64,000 bases of DNA from contig OZ024747.1 of NCBI GenBank assembly GCA_964016885.1, positions 30,442,001 through 30,506,000 of the forward strand, read 5' to 3'. This document shows, one piece after another, positions 49,790-62,993 of the stretch. Each line of letters starts with the position of its first letter. The stretch's first letter is position 1. Made by a program: the position numbers and the translations under genes. Below the pieces are notes generated by a model, which saw nothing but the letters and a program-made list of their open reading frames with translations, was not told the origin of the DNA and ran no database searches. This stretch comes from Eledone cirrhosa. Its lineage: Eukaryota.

Positions 49790-52700
49790 CATACATATAC
49801 ACACACACACACACATACTCACACACACATACATTAATAACAATAATAATAATAATAATAATAACAACAATAATAATAAGGCCAACAATAATAATATACA
49901 TATACATATATATATACACACACACGCACACACCTAAGCATATCTACACACACACACACACGATAGCAACTAACAGCGCTGCGATCAAATGTGGCTTTTT
50001 AGCCCAGCCAATGATCTAAAATGTCTTGCACAGAGTGGGCAACCAAAACATTCACTGGGAATAGTCAGCTGTGGTTGGAGTTCGTGTACTTTTGCATGTC
50101 GCTTGAGCCCTCCTGCTGATTTACATTCTCTACCACATGTTTGGCAAGCATGATGAGTAGCATCTCCAACAGCAGCCTGGTAGTCAACCACTGGTCTTAC
50201 TTTATGACTGCGAAGATGACTTTCGAGTCCAGCTTTGCTTAGGCAGAGTCTTGCACATACGCTGCATGTCAGCACCATAGGAGGACCCTCGCGGTCTGGA
50301 AGTGCAACAGCAATGCCCTTCCTCACATCCCGCTTTACTTTCTCGTATGCGATTCGAGATGTCTCAAAGGCAACTTTTCCCTCATATACAGTCTTTCTCC
50401 ATTTATTACGATCAGCAGCAACATTCTCCCATGTATCAGCAGAGATGTTAGCGTCTTTCAGAGAGGCTTTCAAGGAATCCTTATACCTCTTTTTTGGTTT
50501 ATGTGGCGGTCGTTTTCCTTTAACCAACTCTCCATAAAAGAGTTGTTTTGGTATTCTAGAATCCTTCATCCTGGCAAGGTGACCACTCCAACGGAGGCGT
50601 TGCTTAAGCACAAGAACTTCTATACTGTCACACATAGAGCTTTCTAAAATCTCGACATCACTGATGTGGTCCCTCCAGTGAACGCCATGAATCTGTCTGA
50701 GACACATCTGATGGAAACGCTCCAATTGCTTAAGGTGGTGTCGATATGTGACCCAGGTCTCGCAGGCATAAAGAAGACAAGAGAGCACACATGCCCTGTA
50801 CACCTTTACCTTTGTCTTCCTGCATATGTCTCGCCGACCGCAGAGTCGCCTTTCTAGCTTTCCGAAAGCATCACTTGCTTTCCTAATCTTAAGTGAGATT
50901 TCACTGTCAAGGTTGCTGTATCGATTGACAGTGCTTCCCAGGTAGACAAACTGATCAACCACTCCAAGTCGTTTGCCATACACATAGATGTTTGGTTCAG
51001 TGTACTGCTTACCAGGGGCAGGTTGGTACATGACGACGGTTTTCTTGAGACTGACAGTCAGACCTAGGGCCGTGCAAGCGTCAGAAAATGCATTCAAAAT
51101 GTGCTGCATATCACTCTCTGTGTGCGCTACAAGATCGCAATCATCTGCATACAAGAGGTCTCTTATGATTGATGTAAATACTTTTGTCTTCGCAGCAAAG
51201 CGCCTGATGTTAAATATGCTGCCTGAGGTGAGGTTCGATATCGGATGTAAACACCATGCTCGCAATTCCTGAATGCAATACAGAAAACCATTGCAAAGTA
51301 TATGGCAAACAGGGTCGGTGCTGGAATATCCCCCTGTTTCACTCCATTTTTTACTGAGATGTTACCCCCGACATTAACCCAAGCCTTCATGTCGTCATGG
51401 AAAGACCTAACTAAAGCAAGGAACTTATCAGGGCAACCAAGTTTCTGGAGAACCTTCCATAATGCATCTCTGTTAACAGTATCGAAAGCTTTTGTCAGAT
51501 CAACAAAAACCTGATACAGATCCAAGCCTTGTTCCATGCACTTCTCTTGGAGCTGTCTAGCTGAGAAGATCATATCAGTAGTGCTGCGTCCAGCACGAAA
51601 ACCAGATTGACTTTCAGGAAGAACACAATCTGCAATGTGTGTCAGCAGACGGTCCAGAAGCACCCTACATAAAACTTTCCCTACGACAGAAAGCAATGAT
51701 ATACCTCTGTAGTTCTCACAATCGTTCCTGTTACCCTTTCCCTTGTACAAGACCACCATTACTGCATCTCTCCAGTCCTCAGGTACGGATTCATTAGCCC
51801 ATATCCTTCCAAACAAAGAGTGAAGATGCTGCAGGAGTCTCTCACCACCATATTGTAGGAGCTCAGCATGTATGCCATCCATACCTGGAGATCTTCCACT
51901 GTTCAGCTTCGAAATAGCCACTGCAACCTCCACAAGCGTCGGAGGTTCTGCGAGAGCTACTTTCACAGGACTTTCTGGAATGAGATTGAGGAAATCTTCA
52001 CTGACGACAGACGGCTGATTCAAAAGATCATCAAAGTGCTCTCGCCACCTTTGTAGAATTCCTTGTGAGTCACGAAGAAGTTCTTTGCCATCCTTGCTGC
52101 GAAGCGGTGTCACCAGAGAAGAAGACGGTCCATAAACCTCACGCAAGAGACTGTACAACAGCTTTGTGTTATTGGAATCAGACGCAGTTTGTATCTCACC
52201 AGCCTTCTCACTCCACCACTGATCCTTCATCTGAGAAAGACTCCGCCTAACACGTGATTTTACATCCCTGAGTTCCTCATGCAACGTATTCCTCTTCTGT
52301 GGTTTTGCCATCAAGTAGCATGACAGAGCACGCCTCTTATCAGCCAACAAGTCTTCTATATGTACATCATTCTCATTAAACCAGTCCTGATGTTTCCTCT
52401 GCACCAATCCCAGAACACGCCTGCCTACATCATAAACCGACTTTTTAAGGGTCGGCCAATCCTCACCAAGATCTGCAGCCTGCATCTCTTCTTCCAATGT
52501 CCTCTTCACATTTTTATCCTTAAGACGAGCAGCATTCAATCTTTTGGGCAGGGCAACACCAGAAGCCCGGATTTTACGTTTAGTGATTAGTTTCACTTTT
52601 GCGCGTACCAGGCGGTGGTCCGTCCAGCACTCAGCTCCACGAAGAACACGAACACACTGCACATCCTGTCTGTCACGCATCCTGACTAGGACGTAGTCCA

Positions 52701-53534
52701 AAAGATGCCATTCCTTAGATGCAAGATGCATCCATGTGGTCTTGAATTTGTTCTTTTGTTGGAACATGGTGTTGGTAACACACAGATCCAGCTCCTCACA
52801 CATCTGCAGCAGGAGCATACCATTGCTGTTACACTTTCCCACCCCATGCCTTCCGATTACATTCCATGTGTTAAAATCCCTACCCACTCTAGCATTAAAG
52901 TCACCAAGCACAATGACTTTGTCTGCCTGAGGGATATTTCTTAAAACACCTTTCAAGGCATGGTAAAAGGACACCTTTTCCTCATCGACAGAACTCATAG
53001 TTGGAGTATACACACTCACCAGGGTAGCATATCTTCCCTTGTCCAGTGGAACTCTCATGGACATAAGACGCTCACTAATCCCTACTGGGAATTCTTCTAA
53101 TTTGTTCACAAGTACAGTCTTAACAGCAAATCCTTCCCCAGCCTCTCTTCTGGTTCCTTCATCTCTTCCTTTCCAGAAGAATGTATATTCTCCACAAAAT
53201 TCCGTAAGATGACCATCTCCAGATAACCTTGTCTCAGATAAAGCCACGATGTCAAGATCGTAACGTCAAAGCTCCTTTGCAACAAGAGCGGTCCTTCGTT
53301 TAGGACGCTCCAAGGAATCCCTGTCAAGCAGCGTCCGCACGTTCCAGCAGCCAAGACTAAATGCCTTGTTTGGCTCTATTACAATGGCACGATCACGAGC
53401 GGGCCCAGGCTGTGATAACCTGGGGCCCCTGCCCTTATTGCCAATGATCTTTTTTGTTCCAGAACCTAAATTGCCAATTATCTGTTTTATATTGTTCTGG
53501 AACATCATTGAATTGGAAAAAAAAAGTAATAATA

Positions 53535-53567
<33 letters not shown>

Positions 53568-53883
53568 ATAATAGTACACTATTAATAATTATTAATGCAC
53601 TCGTGCGTGACAATGCCTGTGCGTGACAAATATTTTTAAAGTGAGGAAAGACTGTGCACTGAGCCAATCCCACTCTCTGAGCGACAGTAGCTATAACCCG
53701 AAAAGAAGAAAAGATCAACATCATCGGTAACTACTGAGCCGCAGGTTTTATGTCGGAGTTAACCTAGTTTCCTGAGATGCCTTCTCCTAGAAGAATGCCC
53801 TGACAAGGGCTAGGGGTTCTTCACTCCCAGTGGTTTAACTGCGCGATCGGGCATCCAGCCCGATTATTTCTATGTCCCCGCGC
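49641..53883 (-). mobile_element. Near-full-length RTE (BovB-like) LINE: 5' UTR, APE-RT ORF with two frameshifts, three C-terminal C2H2 fingers, (CAT)n tail
   Basis: GCWNVRTL, LSETR, LGDFNARVG, LLDY, TDHRLV, NYRGISLLS, QSGFR, FVDLTKAFD, GVKQG, LYADD, LRWSGH. 3' end atggccatactcgataacgagggggcagccatcatcat. Confidence 0.92.
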
Positions 53884-54010
53884 AAAAAAAAAAAAAAAAA
53901 AAAAAATCACTTATTGACACTTATACGTACGACATACACACACACGCATACATATGCGCACACACAGCAACACTCATACATACAAACAAACACGCACACG
54001 CTACTCTACT

Positions 54011-54041
<31 letters not shown>

Positions 54042-54186
54042 TACCGTCATTACTGTAATATATATATATATACACATACATATATATATATATATTATAT
54101 ATATATAGATATACACATACATATATATACATATATACACATACATATATATTTACACATACATACACATCACACACATATATATA

Positions 54187-54282
54187 TAGGAAAAAGTATG
54201 GCCCCGACGGCAGAGCTCAAGCCGTTCAGAAATAGCCGTCGAAACGGCTTGAGCTCTGCCGTCGGGGTCATACTTTTTCCTA
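54187..54282. repeat. 40-bp-stem hairpin containing the 3' half of a hammerhead-like motif
   Basis: taggaaaaagtatggccccgacggcagagctcaagccgtt pairs with aacggcttgagctctgccgtcggggtcatactttttccta (one G-T). It contains GAAA-cggc(loop)gccg-TC. Confidence 0.85.
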
Positions 54283-54362
54283 TTTCCCACTCTACTACCC
54301 TAAGTATTGAGTACTCTGGTGCGTTATGGTCCATCTGGTCTCTTACCACTATTCCTTTGTTT

Positions 54363-54396
<34 letters not shown>

Positions 54397-54467
54397 AAGA
54401 AAAAGGGATGAAATCAAAAATGCAACTGAAGTCTTTTTTTTTTAAAAATATATATATTTATTTGGTT

Positions 54468-54505
54468 CCTTTACCGGTTTCGCAGTTCTTCTGCTTTTCA
54501 AAAGG
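54468..54505 (-). ncRNA. Minimal hammerhead, U3-A8 core variant (inverted copy)
   Basis: Exact reverse complement of 55787-55824. Confidence 0.75.
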
Positions 54506-55786
54506 TGAGTTGAGATGGAGGGTCTGTGGTTTTTCTCACATCTGGTTGGTCTCTAAATGTTACTTGTTTTATATGGAAAAACTGGCTCGAAAACCAGGTT
54601 TTTCGAGAAGTAATTTGATTGGTTTGTCAATAATTATAATAAATTTCGCGCCAGTTCGCGTTACAATAGTTCTTCAAATAAGAGAGGGGGGGGGGGGGGG
54701 TTGTCACAGGTTGTTTTTTCATATATGAGGTTTTTCATATATGAGGTTTAATATACATTATGTCAACACCACAATATGACATACACACACACACATAACA
54801 CCTACTTTAGAAAATAAAAACCCGAACTAAATAAACCTTAAACATACGTTTGCACTGGCAATACAACAGCAAACACGAAAAAGTCAGGAAAATATGTTCA
54901 TTCAAAAATATTCCTACTAAAGGAATCATTTTCCTACACACACACATACACACACACAATATATATATATATATATATATATTCTCTTCATCTTAACATG
55001 CTAACCATACTCCCACACACATAACACCCATACACACACATAAAAACCCCCACACCTACAACACCCTCCCCATTTCTACTAATAGAACCACTTTCCTACA
55101 CACATATATATATATACACACACACAAAAAATATATATTCTCTCTATCTAACATACTCGCACACACACACATAACACCCATATACACACACACACAACTC
55201 CCTCCCCCATCTCTACTAATAGAATCATCTTCCAATACACACATACACACACACACACACATATATACACACACACAAGCACACAAATAAACACATATCT
55301 TCAGTCTCAATAGAAAATCTGAACTCTGACACCTGAACTCTGACAGCTGGCCATATTCACTGAACCAGAACATTTCTCCCAATCCCTTTTCCCTTGACCA
55401 CTATCTCTCCATTGTCATAACATTCACTATAGACTACAGAATAGTTTTCCAAATAAGGGCGCAAAAATGTAATGAAAACTTGTTCACGTGACAGCCAAAT
55501 TTCATTTATAACCAACCAAAAAAAAGCCTTCGTGAGCCTCATTTTTTCAAGTAAAAAGAAATTCAAACACTCATATATGAAAAAACAACCTGTGACAACC
55601 CCCCCCTCTCTTATTTGAAGAACTATTGTAACGCGAACTGGCGCGAAATTTATTATAATTATTGACAAACCAATCAAATTACTTCTCGAAAAACCTGGTT
55701 TTCGAGCCAGTTTTTCCATATAAAACAAGTAACATTTAGAGACCAACCAGATGTGAGAAAAACCACAGACCCTCCATCTCAACTCA

Positions 55787-55824
55787 CCTTTTGAAAAGCA
55801 GAAGAACTGCGAAACCGGTAAAGG
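55787..55824 (+). ncRNA. Minimal type I hammerhead, U3-A8 core variant, palindromic stem III
   Basis: cctt-TTGAAAA-gcag(aagaa)ctgc-GAAA-ccgg-TA-aagg. Confidence 0.75.
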
Positions 55825-55955
55825 AACCAAATAAATATATATATTTAAAAAAAAAATAAGACTTCAGTTGCATTTTCGATTTCATCCCTTTTTCTTTATA
55901 CTTCCACTCGTGTAGGACACCTCGGTTATTTTTCATTTTGTAAAAAAAACCTCAC

Positions 55956-55999
<44 letters not shown>

Positions 56000-56099
56000 C
56001 TATATATATATATAGTAATAATAATAAATGTGAAGATTAAAATCCAAAGAGGGCTCGATCAGGATAAATATATATCAAATATATAAGAACCCTACTGCA

Positions 56100-57572
56100 A
56101 ATATTTATGAAAATAACAGATTAAAGTTTAAGCAAAAAATCGCTGCTTTGACCCTTAACGGGGTCTTCTGAAACTAAAAATATCAATCTGTGAGCGCAGA
56201 AGTAAATATTTCGAAAACCCTTGTAACCGAAGGAAAACAGGAAGACGATACTTTGGTTCGTGAAGACGTTCCCTGGCAATGAACGGAAAAAAGTGAAGAT
56301 AATACGTCGTTATGTGGAGCGAGGAGAACAATTACACGCAAAGACAAAACCACGTTTATGGTATAAATGGAGTCATTAGACTAATATTCTATTTAGCAAA
56401 CCGAATGATTCTCGGCTTCAGAGTTAAGAATAGTGTAAATAAAATAGTTGAATGAAAATGACAGGGGTTATTAAAATCTAAAAGTAATAATAATTAAATA
56501 TATACATACACACATCTATATACGTACATACACGTGCATACGCGAAAACACACGCCATGTATGCATATATATGCACGTACACATAAACACGCGCACACAT
56601 ACGTAAACCCGCGCGATAAGACCGTATAAACAAAATACACAAATAAAAATATATATGTGTGTGTATACATATAATTATATAAACGTATATAAATATACAC
56701 ACATAAATACATATAACGCACCCACACACATAACTACAGGTATATATACATGTTCACCGAACGTACATATACCAAACCCAATGTACACATATACACACCC
56801 TACATACGTGCAAACACGCATACAAATATAGAATCACAAACACGAAATACACATATACACATACCAGTATATATAATAGATTCACTTGTAACAAATACAA
56901 GCATATATACGTACGAGAAAGTGTACGTACCTCCACAAAACATACGGGTAAGTTATACTTACCTATACACACATATACATCAAGACGTAAATTATCAGCG
57001 TATTGTTCGTACTATCCGTTAGGGTATAATGTGGGGCTGTAATACAGGAAAGTTTTAGGTAATTTGTGTTTACAAGCCGAAATTGCCTGAGATTCTTTGT
57101 TTAAGATGTGATCATTGGCGTAGAGTATTTCCAGAGCTTCAGCGGCGCAAAGATCTCATGGTTTTTTATTTCTCTTATACGATCTAGCTTTGGCTAGGAT
57201 CTCCCACTGTAACCTATATTGGGTGTGGTTGTCTTTCAGACTCCAGATATAAGCTGAGAGTGACGTCATATTCCTTCTTAAACGGTGAAGAAAGAATGGG
57301 TGTGCATGTAAAGACACTGCTTGAATCTATTGGTGGTTAACCCAATGTAGTCCCTACTAGACATGGGTGTTTCGACCTTACATTTGTAGACAATGTTACT
57401 AGAGAGGCATTTCCCGGATAGAGGGCAGTCAACCCGATTCCTACAATTACAGTTAGTACTAGCTACAGGGTTGCAGGTGTTACTACGGCTAGGTAATTTA
57501 GCTAAATTTGATGTAGTGATGTTATGTGCAAAGTTAGGAGTCGTGGTGTAAGATATTTTAATGGTGTTTCTA
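56100..57572 (-). mobile_element. Naiad-type PLE 3' part: GIY-YIG fragment (57020-57572) plus probable 3' UTR ending in an HHR-like motif
   Basis: TIKISYTT..CNCRNRVDCPLSGKCL..VYKC..YIGLTTNRFK, frameshift near 57285, then TSLSAYIWSLK..WEILAKA..P*DLC..LNK..CKH. Linkage of 56100-57000 is inferred. Confidence 0.75.
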
Positions 57573-58054
57573 CACACATACAGGCACAATTCAAGTACGT
57601 TATACACGTGGAAAAGGCAAGTAGGTAAGACGTACTTGCATAATCATAGTACCGGAGGGCGGGTCGAGATGGGGGTAGGGTTAGGATGGATGGACGGGGG
57701 ATATTTTATCGGGTGGCGTTTTTTTTTAATTGTCCATTAGCTTCAACACTGGCTTAAGATGTTTGTAAGTTTGTGCATGCAATTCGGGCAGTGTTCAAAG
57801 AGTTTGTTCAGTGGCAAATACGTATTTCGTAGCTCTCTGGGTAACAACACTTGTGTCCTCTCATATATAAATATATATATATGTGTGTGTGTGTGTCTGT
57901 ATAAAAAAAATATTTATGTGTGTATACATGTGTGCGTATATGTATATATATGTATGTATATGTACGTATATATATATATGTATATATATATGTGTATATG
58001 TATGTATACATATATATATATGATATATATATGTATATGTATGTGTATGTATAT

Positions 58055-58134
<80 letters not shown>

Positions 58135-58360
58135 ATATTTTGACTCTGTACCAGTTGAATTATATCGTTGATAAAAAAATGTTTGTATTTTAAACTTTGC
58201 TTCACGACATCTTCTACATACGGATGACATTGAGTTCTTTATACGGTTTAGACCCTACCGTTGAGTGGTAGATTTATCTGTATATATATATATATATGTG
58301 TGTGTGTATATGTATGTGTATGTATATATATATATATATGTGTGTGTGTGTATGTATGTG

Positions 58361-58411
<51 letters not shown>

Positions 58412-58440
58412 AGATCAAATATGGTTAAAAGAGTTCCAAG

Positions 58441-58511
58441 TATTTTATTATGTGCATTTCAAAAACAAATATCATCATGGGATGATATCTGCGATTTCAT
58501 CAGATAAAATA
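58441..58511 (-). ncRNA. Type I hammerhead ribozyme motif, canonical core
   Basis: Minus strand reads tattttat-CTGATGA-aatcgcagatatcatc(ccat)gatgatatttgttttt-GAAA-tgcaca-TA-ataaaata, with an 8-bp stem I. Confidence 0.85.
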
Positions 58512-58711
58512 GGGATACATGATATGAAGCTTAAAAAACACTTGTGAATAGTGAAGTTTTAAATCAACATATGAAAAATAATTGAAGATTGATGTATGAG
58601 ATTGGGAAAAAGTGAGGGGTGGGGTTGGAAAAGGTAAGGAAAAGGAGATGAGAGTAAAGAATGGTGGGGGAGGAGTATAAGAAGGAAGGATGAGAGAGGA
58701 GGAGAGATGGG

Positions 58712-58825
<114 letters not shown>

Positions 58826-59603
58826 CTCACAGAGAGAAGTTAAAAACCCGTTGGAAGATAATAGATAATTTAAAAGTAATTGAAATTAAAAGTTAATGAG
58901 CTTTATGCATGAAGAGAAAAAGAGATTAAGAATAATATTATTAAATTAAGGTTTGTATATTGAAGGGTTTAATAATATGTGCGAGGAAAAGAAATTATTA
59001 ATATGTATTATTAAAATAAAAATATTAATGTTATTAAGGATATAATGTGAAAAGAAGTAAAAGAATGAATGAGTTATGAATTTAGAGGAATTAGTTAGTG
59101 TTTGAGTTTATTTTTATGTAATGTAGTATGTGTGCGTAATATATGTACGTAAATAGTTTGTTTAAAAATGAGCGCAGAAAGCAAAGAAGAAAATAATGTT
59201 TAAGGAAGAAAATATCTAACATAAAAAAATATATATGTTTACGAAATATTTTCTAATGGTAATAATATAATATAATATATTAAAAGAAATTAGCTAGGGT
59301 TTAAGTTTGTTTTTATGTATTGTAATATGTAAAAGTCAAACGAGCATGTAAGGAAGAAATAAGGAATTTAAGGAAGAAAAATCTAACGTCAAAAAAATGT
59401 TTATGTTTACGAAGGACTATTAAAGGTAATACTATAATGTATTAAAAAAAATAATTTTTACTCTCATCTCCTCCTCTTCCTTACCTTTTTCAACCCGCCT
59501 CACTTTTTCCCAATCTCATACATCAATCTTAAATTATTTTTCATATGTTGATTTAAAACTTCACTATTCACAAGTGTTTTTTAAGCTTCATATCATGTAT
59601 CCC

Positions 59604-59674
59604 TATTTTGTCTGATGAAAACGCAGATATCATCCCATGGTGATATTTGTTTTTCAAATGCGCATAATAAAATA
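59604..59674 (+). ncRNA. Hammerhead copy with G12C lesion (CAAA) and palindromic stem III TGCGCA
   Basis: tattttgt-CTGATGA-aaacgcagatatcatc..ggtgatatttgttttt-CAAA-tgcgca-TA-ataaaata. Confidence 0.7.
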
Positions 59675-60036
59675 CTTGGAACTCTTTTAACCATCTTTTG
59701 ATCTTATATTATTTATACTCCAGTCCTACAAACTGTAGAGTGCTTCTTATCCGATATTTGCATTGCTTTATTGTGCTACAATAAAACTCACCTCCTACAC
59801 ACATATATATATATATATAAATGAAAGTATAGAAATTATATATATATATAGAGAAATTATATATATATATAGAAATTATATATATATATATAAAAGTTAA
59901 TCTGGGTTCAATCGGAGGTAACCACAGTAAGTAAGGTACTCAATACATATCACAGTATAAATGTTTAATATAGAAAAGCTTCTAGAGGACTAGAACTGTT
60001 TCATTCATACTGTGTATATATATATATATATGTATT

Positions 60037-60139
<103 letters not shown>

Positions 60140-61763
60140 GGACCAGAAATACATATAGTAATCTATTCGACATTACTATGGGCTCTAGTAATTCTGCCCA
60201 AATTACCGATCTTGTGAGCCTCTTTCTTCTATTTAACATAAATGCTTCTTTTCGCCACCTTAAAGGTGGTTTATATCGTGATGACTGTCTTCTTCTTTCC
60301 ACTAACCTTAGCCTATCAGAAATTGAAAAAAATAAAAAACTTATTAGAACTTTCCTCAAAGACTATTATAGTCTCACTATTACATTTGAAAACACCAGTG
60401 AAGTAGTAAATTTCCTTGATATAACTTTAGACTTATCTACGGGTATCTACGAACCTTACCATAAACCTAACCAAAACTTACATTACATACACTCACAATC
60501 CAATCACCCTAGATCTATCCTTAAAAACCTAGCATATAATATCTCACTCAGAATTTCTAACCTTTCATCTAACCACGATGTATTCGATAAAAATGCGACC
60601 TTTTATAACGAAGCTTTAGCTAGAAGCGGCCACAAAAACAAATTAGTATATATACCTTGTACCAATAATACTACAAACATACAACCCAATATTACCAACA
60701 AACACCAAATGAAAAATACACACCTAAATGCCACTCACGCTATACCCCAAAATACCAACTTAAAACTTAATATCTCTACCTCTTCTCACATACAATATAA
60801 TAACTTTTAAAAAACCATTCATTCTAATACTCCAATATATGTTAATAACATTACTAACAAAATTCCTAATAATCAGACTAAAACACCTAAATCAGTGAAT
60901 CTAACTAAACATATGTATAATAAATTCACTAATACTAACTCTCTTAGTAAACATCAGGATACATCGTATAAAAAAAAAACAGCATCGAAACCGTAATAGA
61001 CGAGTTACTTGGTATAATGCTCCTTTTAATCTACAAATTAAAGATAATATCCCTAAAAATTTGTTTACTATCATAGAGAAAAACTTCCCGCCAAACCATA
61101 AATACCATCAAATTTTAAATAGATCAACGGTCAAATTCTCCTACTCCACTACCAAAAATATACAACAAAATATAAGTGCCTACAATGCATATAAATGTAA
61201 AATAAACCATGAATATACCACCAACACATCAAACTAACCATAATACTAAAATAAACCACAGTAAACCACCATCTCCTTCACATACAACAAGTCGAGTAAA
61301 TTCCACACCTAATTTGACTAACTCCCCTGATATAATATTCACGAAAGGTTGTAACTGTAGAAACAAAGCAAATTGCCCATTAAAAAGAAATTGCCTTATT
61401 AATAACATAGTATATACATGTAAAATTAGCACTAAGGACTCAACTTATTCATATATAGGAGCTATTTCTAACCAATTTAAAGTAAGATTTAATACCCACA
61501 AACACAGTTTTAAAAATGCCACATTAGCTAATACAACATCCTTGGCTGCAATAATTAATAATTATAGAAAAAAGAATATCGATTATAACCTGACCTGGAG
61601 TGTCCTCAAAAGGGCCACCCCTTATCAAAATAACAGATATGAGTGTAGATTATGTTCCCAGGAACTTTTTGAAATAATGAAATCTAAGGATATCCTATTA
61701 AATAAGCGACAAGAATTTATTATATCGTGCAATCATAGAATTAGAAGAACTTTCAAATATTAT

Positions 61764-61892
61764 TGTTTCTACTTTAGGCACAAGGCCAGCAATTACTCAG
61801 TTCATTACTGGTACTTTATTTTATCGACCCCGTAAGGATGAAAGGCAAAGTTAACCTCGGCGGGATTTGAACTCCGCCGAGGTTAACTTTGG
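61764..61892 (-). mobile_element. 5'-truncated SINE with fold-back end and 20-bp TSD, inside the Naiad ORF end
   Basis: gaagaactttcaaatattat at 61744-61763 and 61893-61912. Confidence 0.9.
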
Positions 61893-62656
61893 GAAGAACT
61901 TTCAAATATTATAAACCTAATTAATATACACTTATATTTTACAAATTATTATAATTAGTTTTTTTAATTTTTTATTTTTTATTTAGTTAACCTATAATTA
62001 GTATTTTACTACTGAGAACTTCATAATTTTATTTCCCTTTTACAGCTATCTTTTCCTAAAATTAATACCTATAAGTATACATATAAACTATTTTAATTTC
62101 CTGTTATGAATCTAAATTCCTTGTAGTCTATATAAGTTTGTTATTTCTCACTAATACATTTATCCTCCAAAAAATTGTTTTCCTTCGTTTTTAACAACAT
62201 TCTTTAATAACATCTAACTCTTATTTATCACATCTATATGAATTAATATAAATTTATCCCTATAAATATACCTATCAATTAAATTAATTTAATTTCTTTT
62301 TATAGATCTAAATTCCTTATGTTTTAAATAAGATTGGTATTTCTCACTAACACATTTATCCTAAAATTTTATTCTCCTTCGATTTTAACATTAGCATTAT
62401 TCTTTAATAACATCAAATGTTCGTGTACCTTTCACCGGCTTGACCTCTTTTCATCCCCAAAGTAATCTTTTCATTCAAAATATTCTTTCGATTCAAAACT
62501 TAAGTCTGCATTCCTCTACCCCTAAATTAAATTTCTACTACTACTACTAATCTATCAACTTGACCACTTACTACTTTTCTATTGGTCAATTCAAAACCTG
62601 TTGCCAAACAGACCTATTATATTAAATCTTTGTTGGTTTTTTTCAATAAACAAATA

Positions 62657-62785
62657 TCATTATTTCTGAAGACAGCATATATATGTGTAGGTATGTATAT
62701 TCCCTCTGATAGTTTGTAAAATTTTTACATAGATCTATATGATATACATACCAACACACACATATATATCCTAGAAACGATCGTA
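62657..62785 (+). ncRNA. Hammerhead motif truncated at the predicted cleavage site
   Basis: tcattattt-CTGAAGA-long stem II-GAAA-cgatcg-TA, then (TA)n instead of aaatgatga. Confidence 0.7.
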
Positions 62786-62800
62786 TATATATATATATAC

Positions 62801-62993
62801 GGGCGGTGGATTGGAAGTATCGGTATAGAGTCGGACACCATGCTTTGAAGCATAGAGTTACGTCCCTTTATGATCTGAGTTCAAATCCCTCCGAGGTTAA
62901 CTTTGCCTTTCATCCTTACGGGGTGATAAAATAAAGTACCAGTAATATACTGGGTAATTGCTGGCCTTGTGCCAAAAGTAGAAACAATTATTA
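62801..62993 (+). mobile_element. tRNA-derived SINE
   Basis: gggcggtggattgg...gagttcaaatccc...gtagaaacaattattatt. Confidence 0.9.

Larger units (their letters stand above)
54393..55960 (+). mobile_element. ORF-less HHR-bearing element with ~335-bp inverted repeats (PLE-type inverted pseudo-LTR), flanked by (TA)n
   Basis: 54393-54729 is the reverse complement of 55570-55900. The interior is (CA)-rich with an internal duplication. Confidence 0.85.

Noticed and set aside
53700-53883. HDV-like ribozyme at RTE 5' end
   Set aside because: Hairpins are present (atcgggc/gcccgat, gccc/gggc) but I could not build the nested double pseudoknot by eye.
58235-58282. Degenerate HHR on minus strand (CAGATAA...TAAA-ccg-TA)
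   Set aside because: Three core mismatches and almost no stem I.
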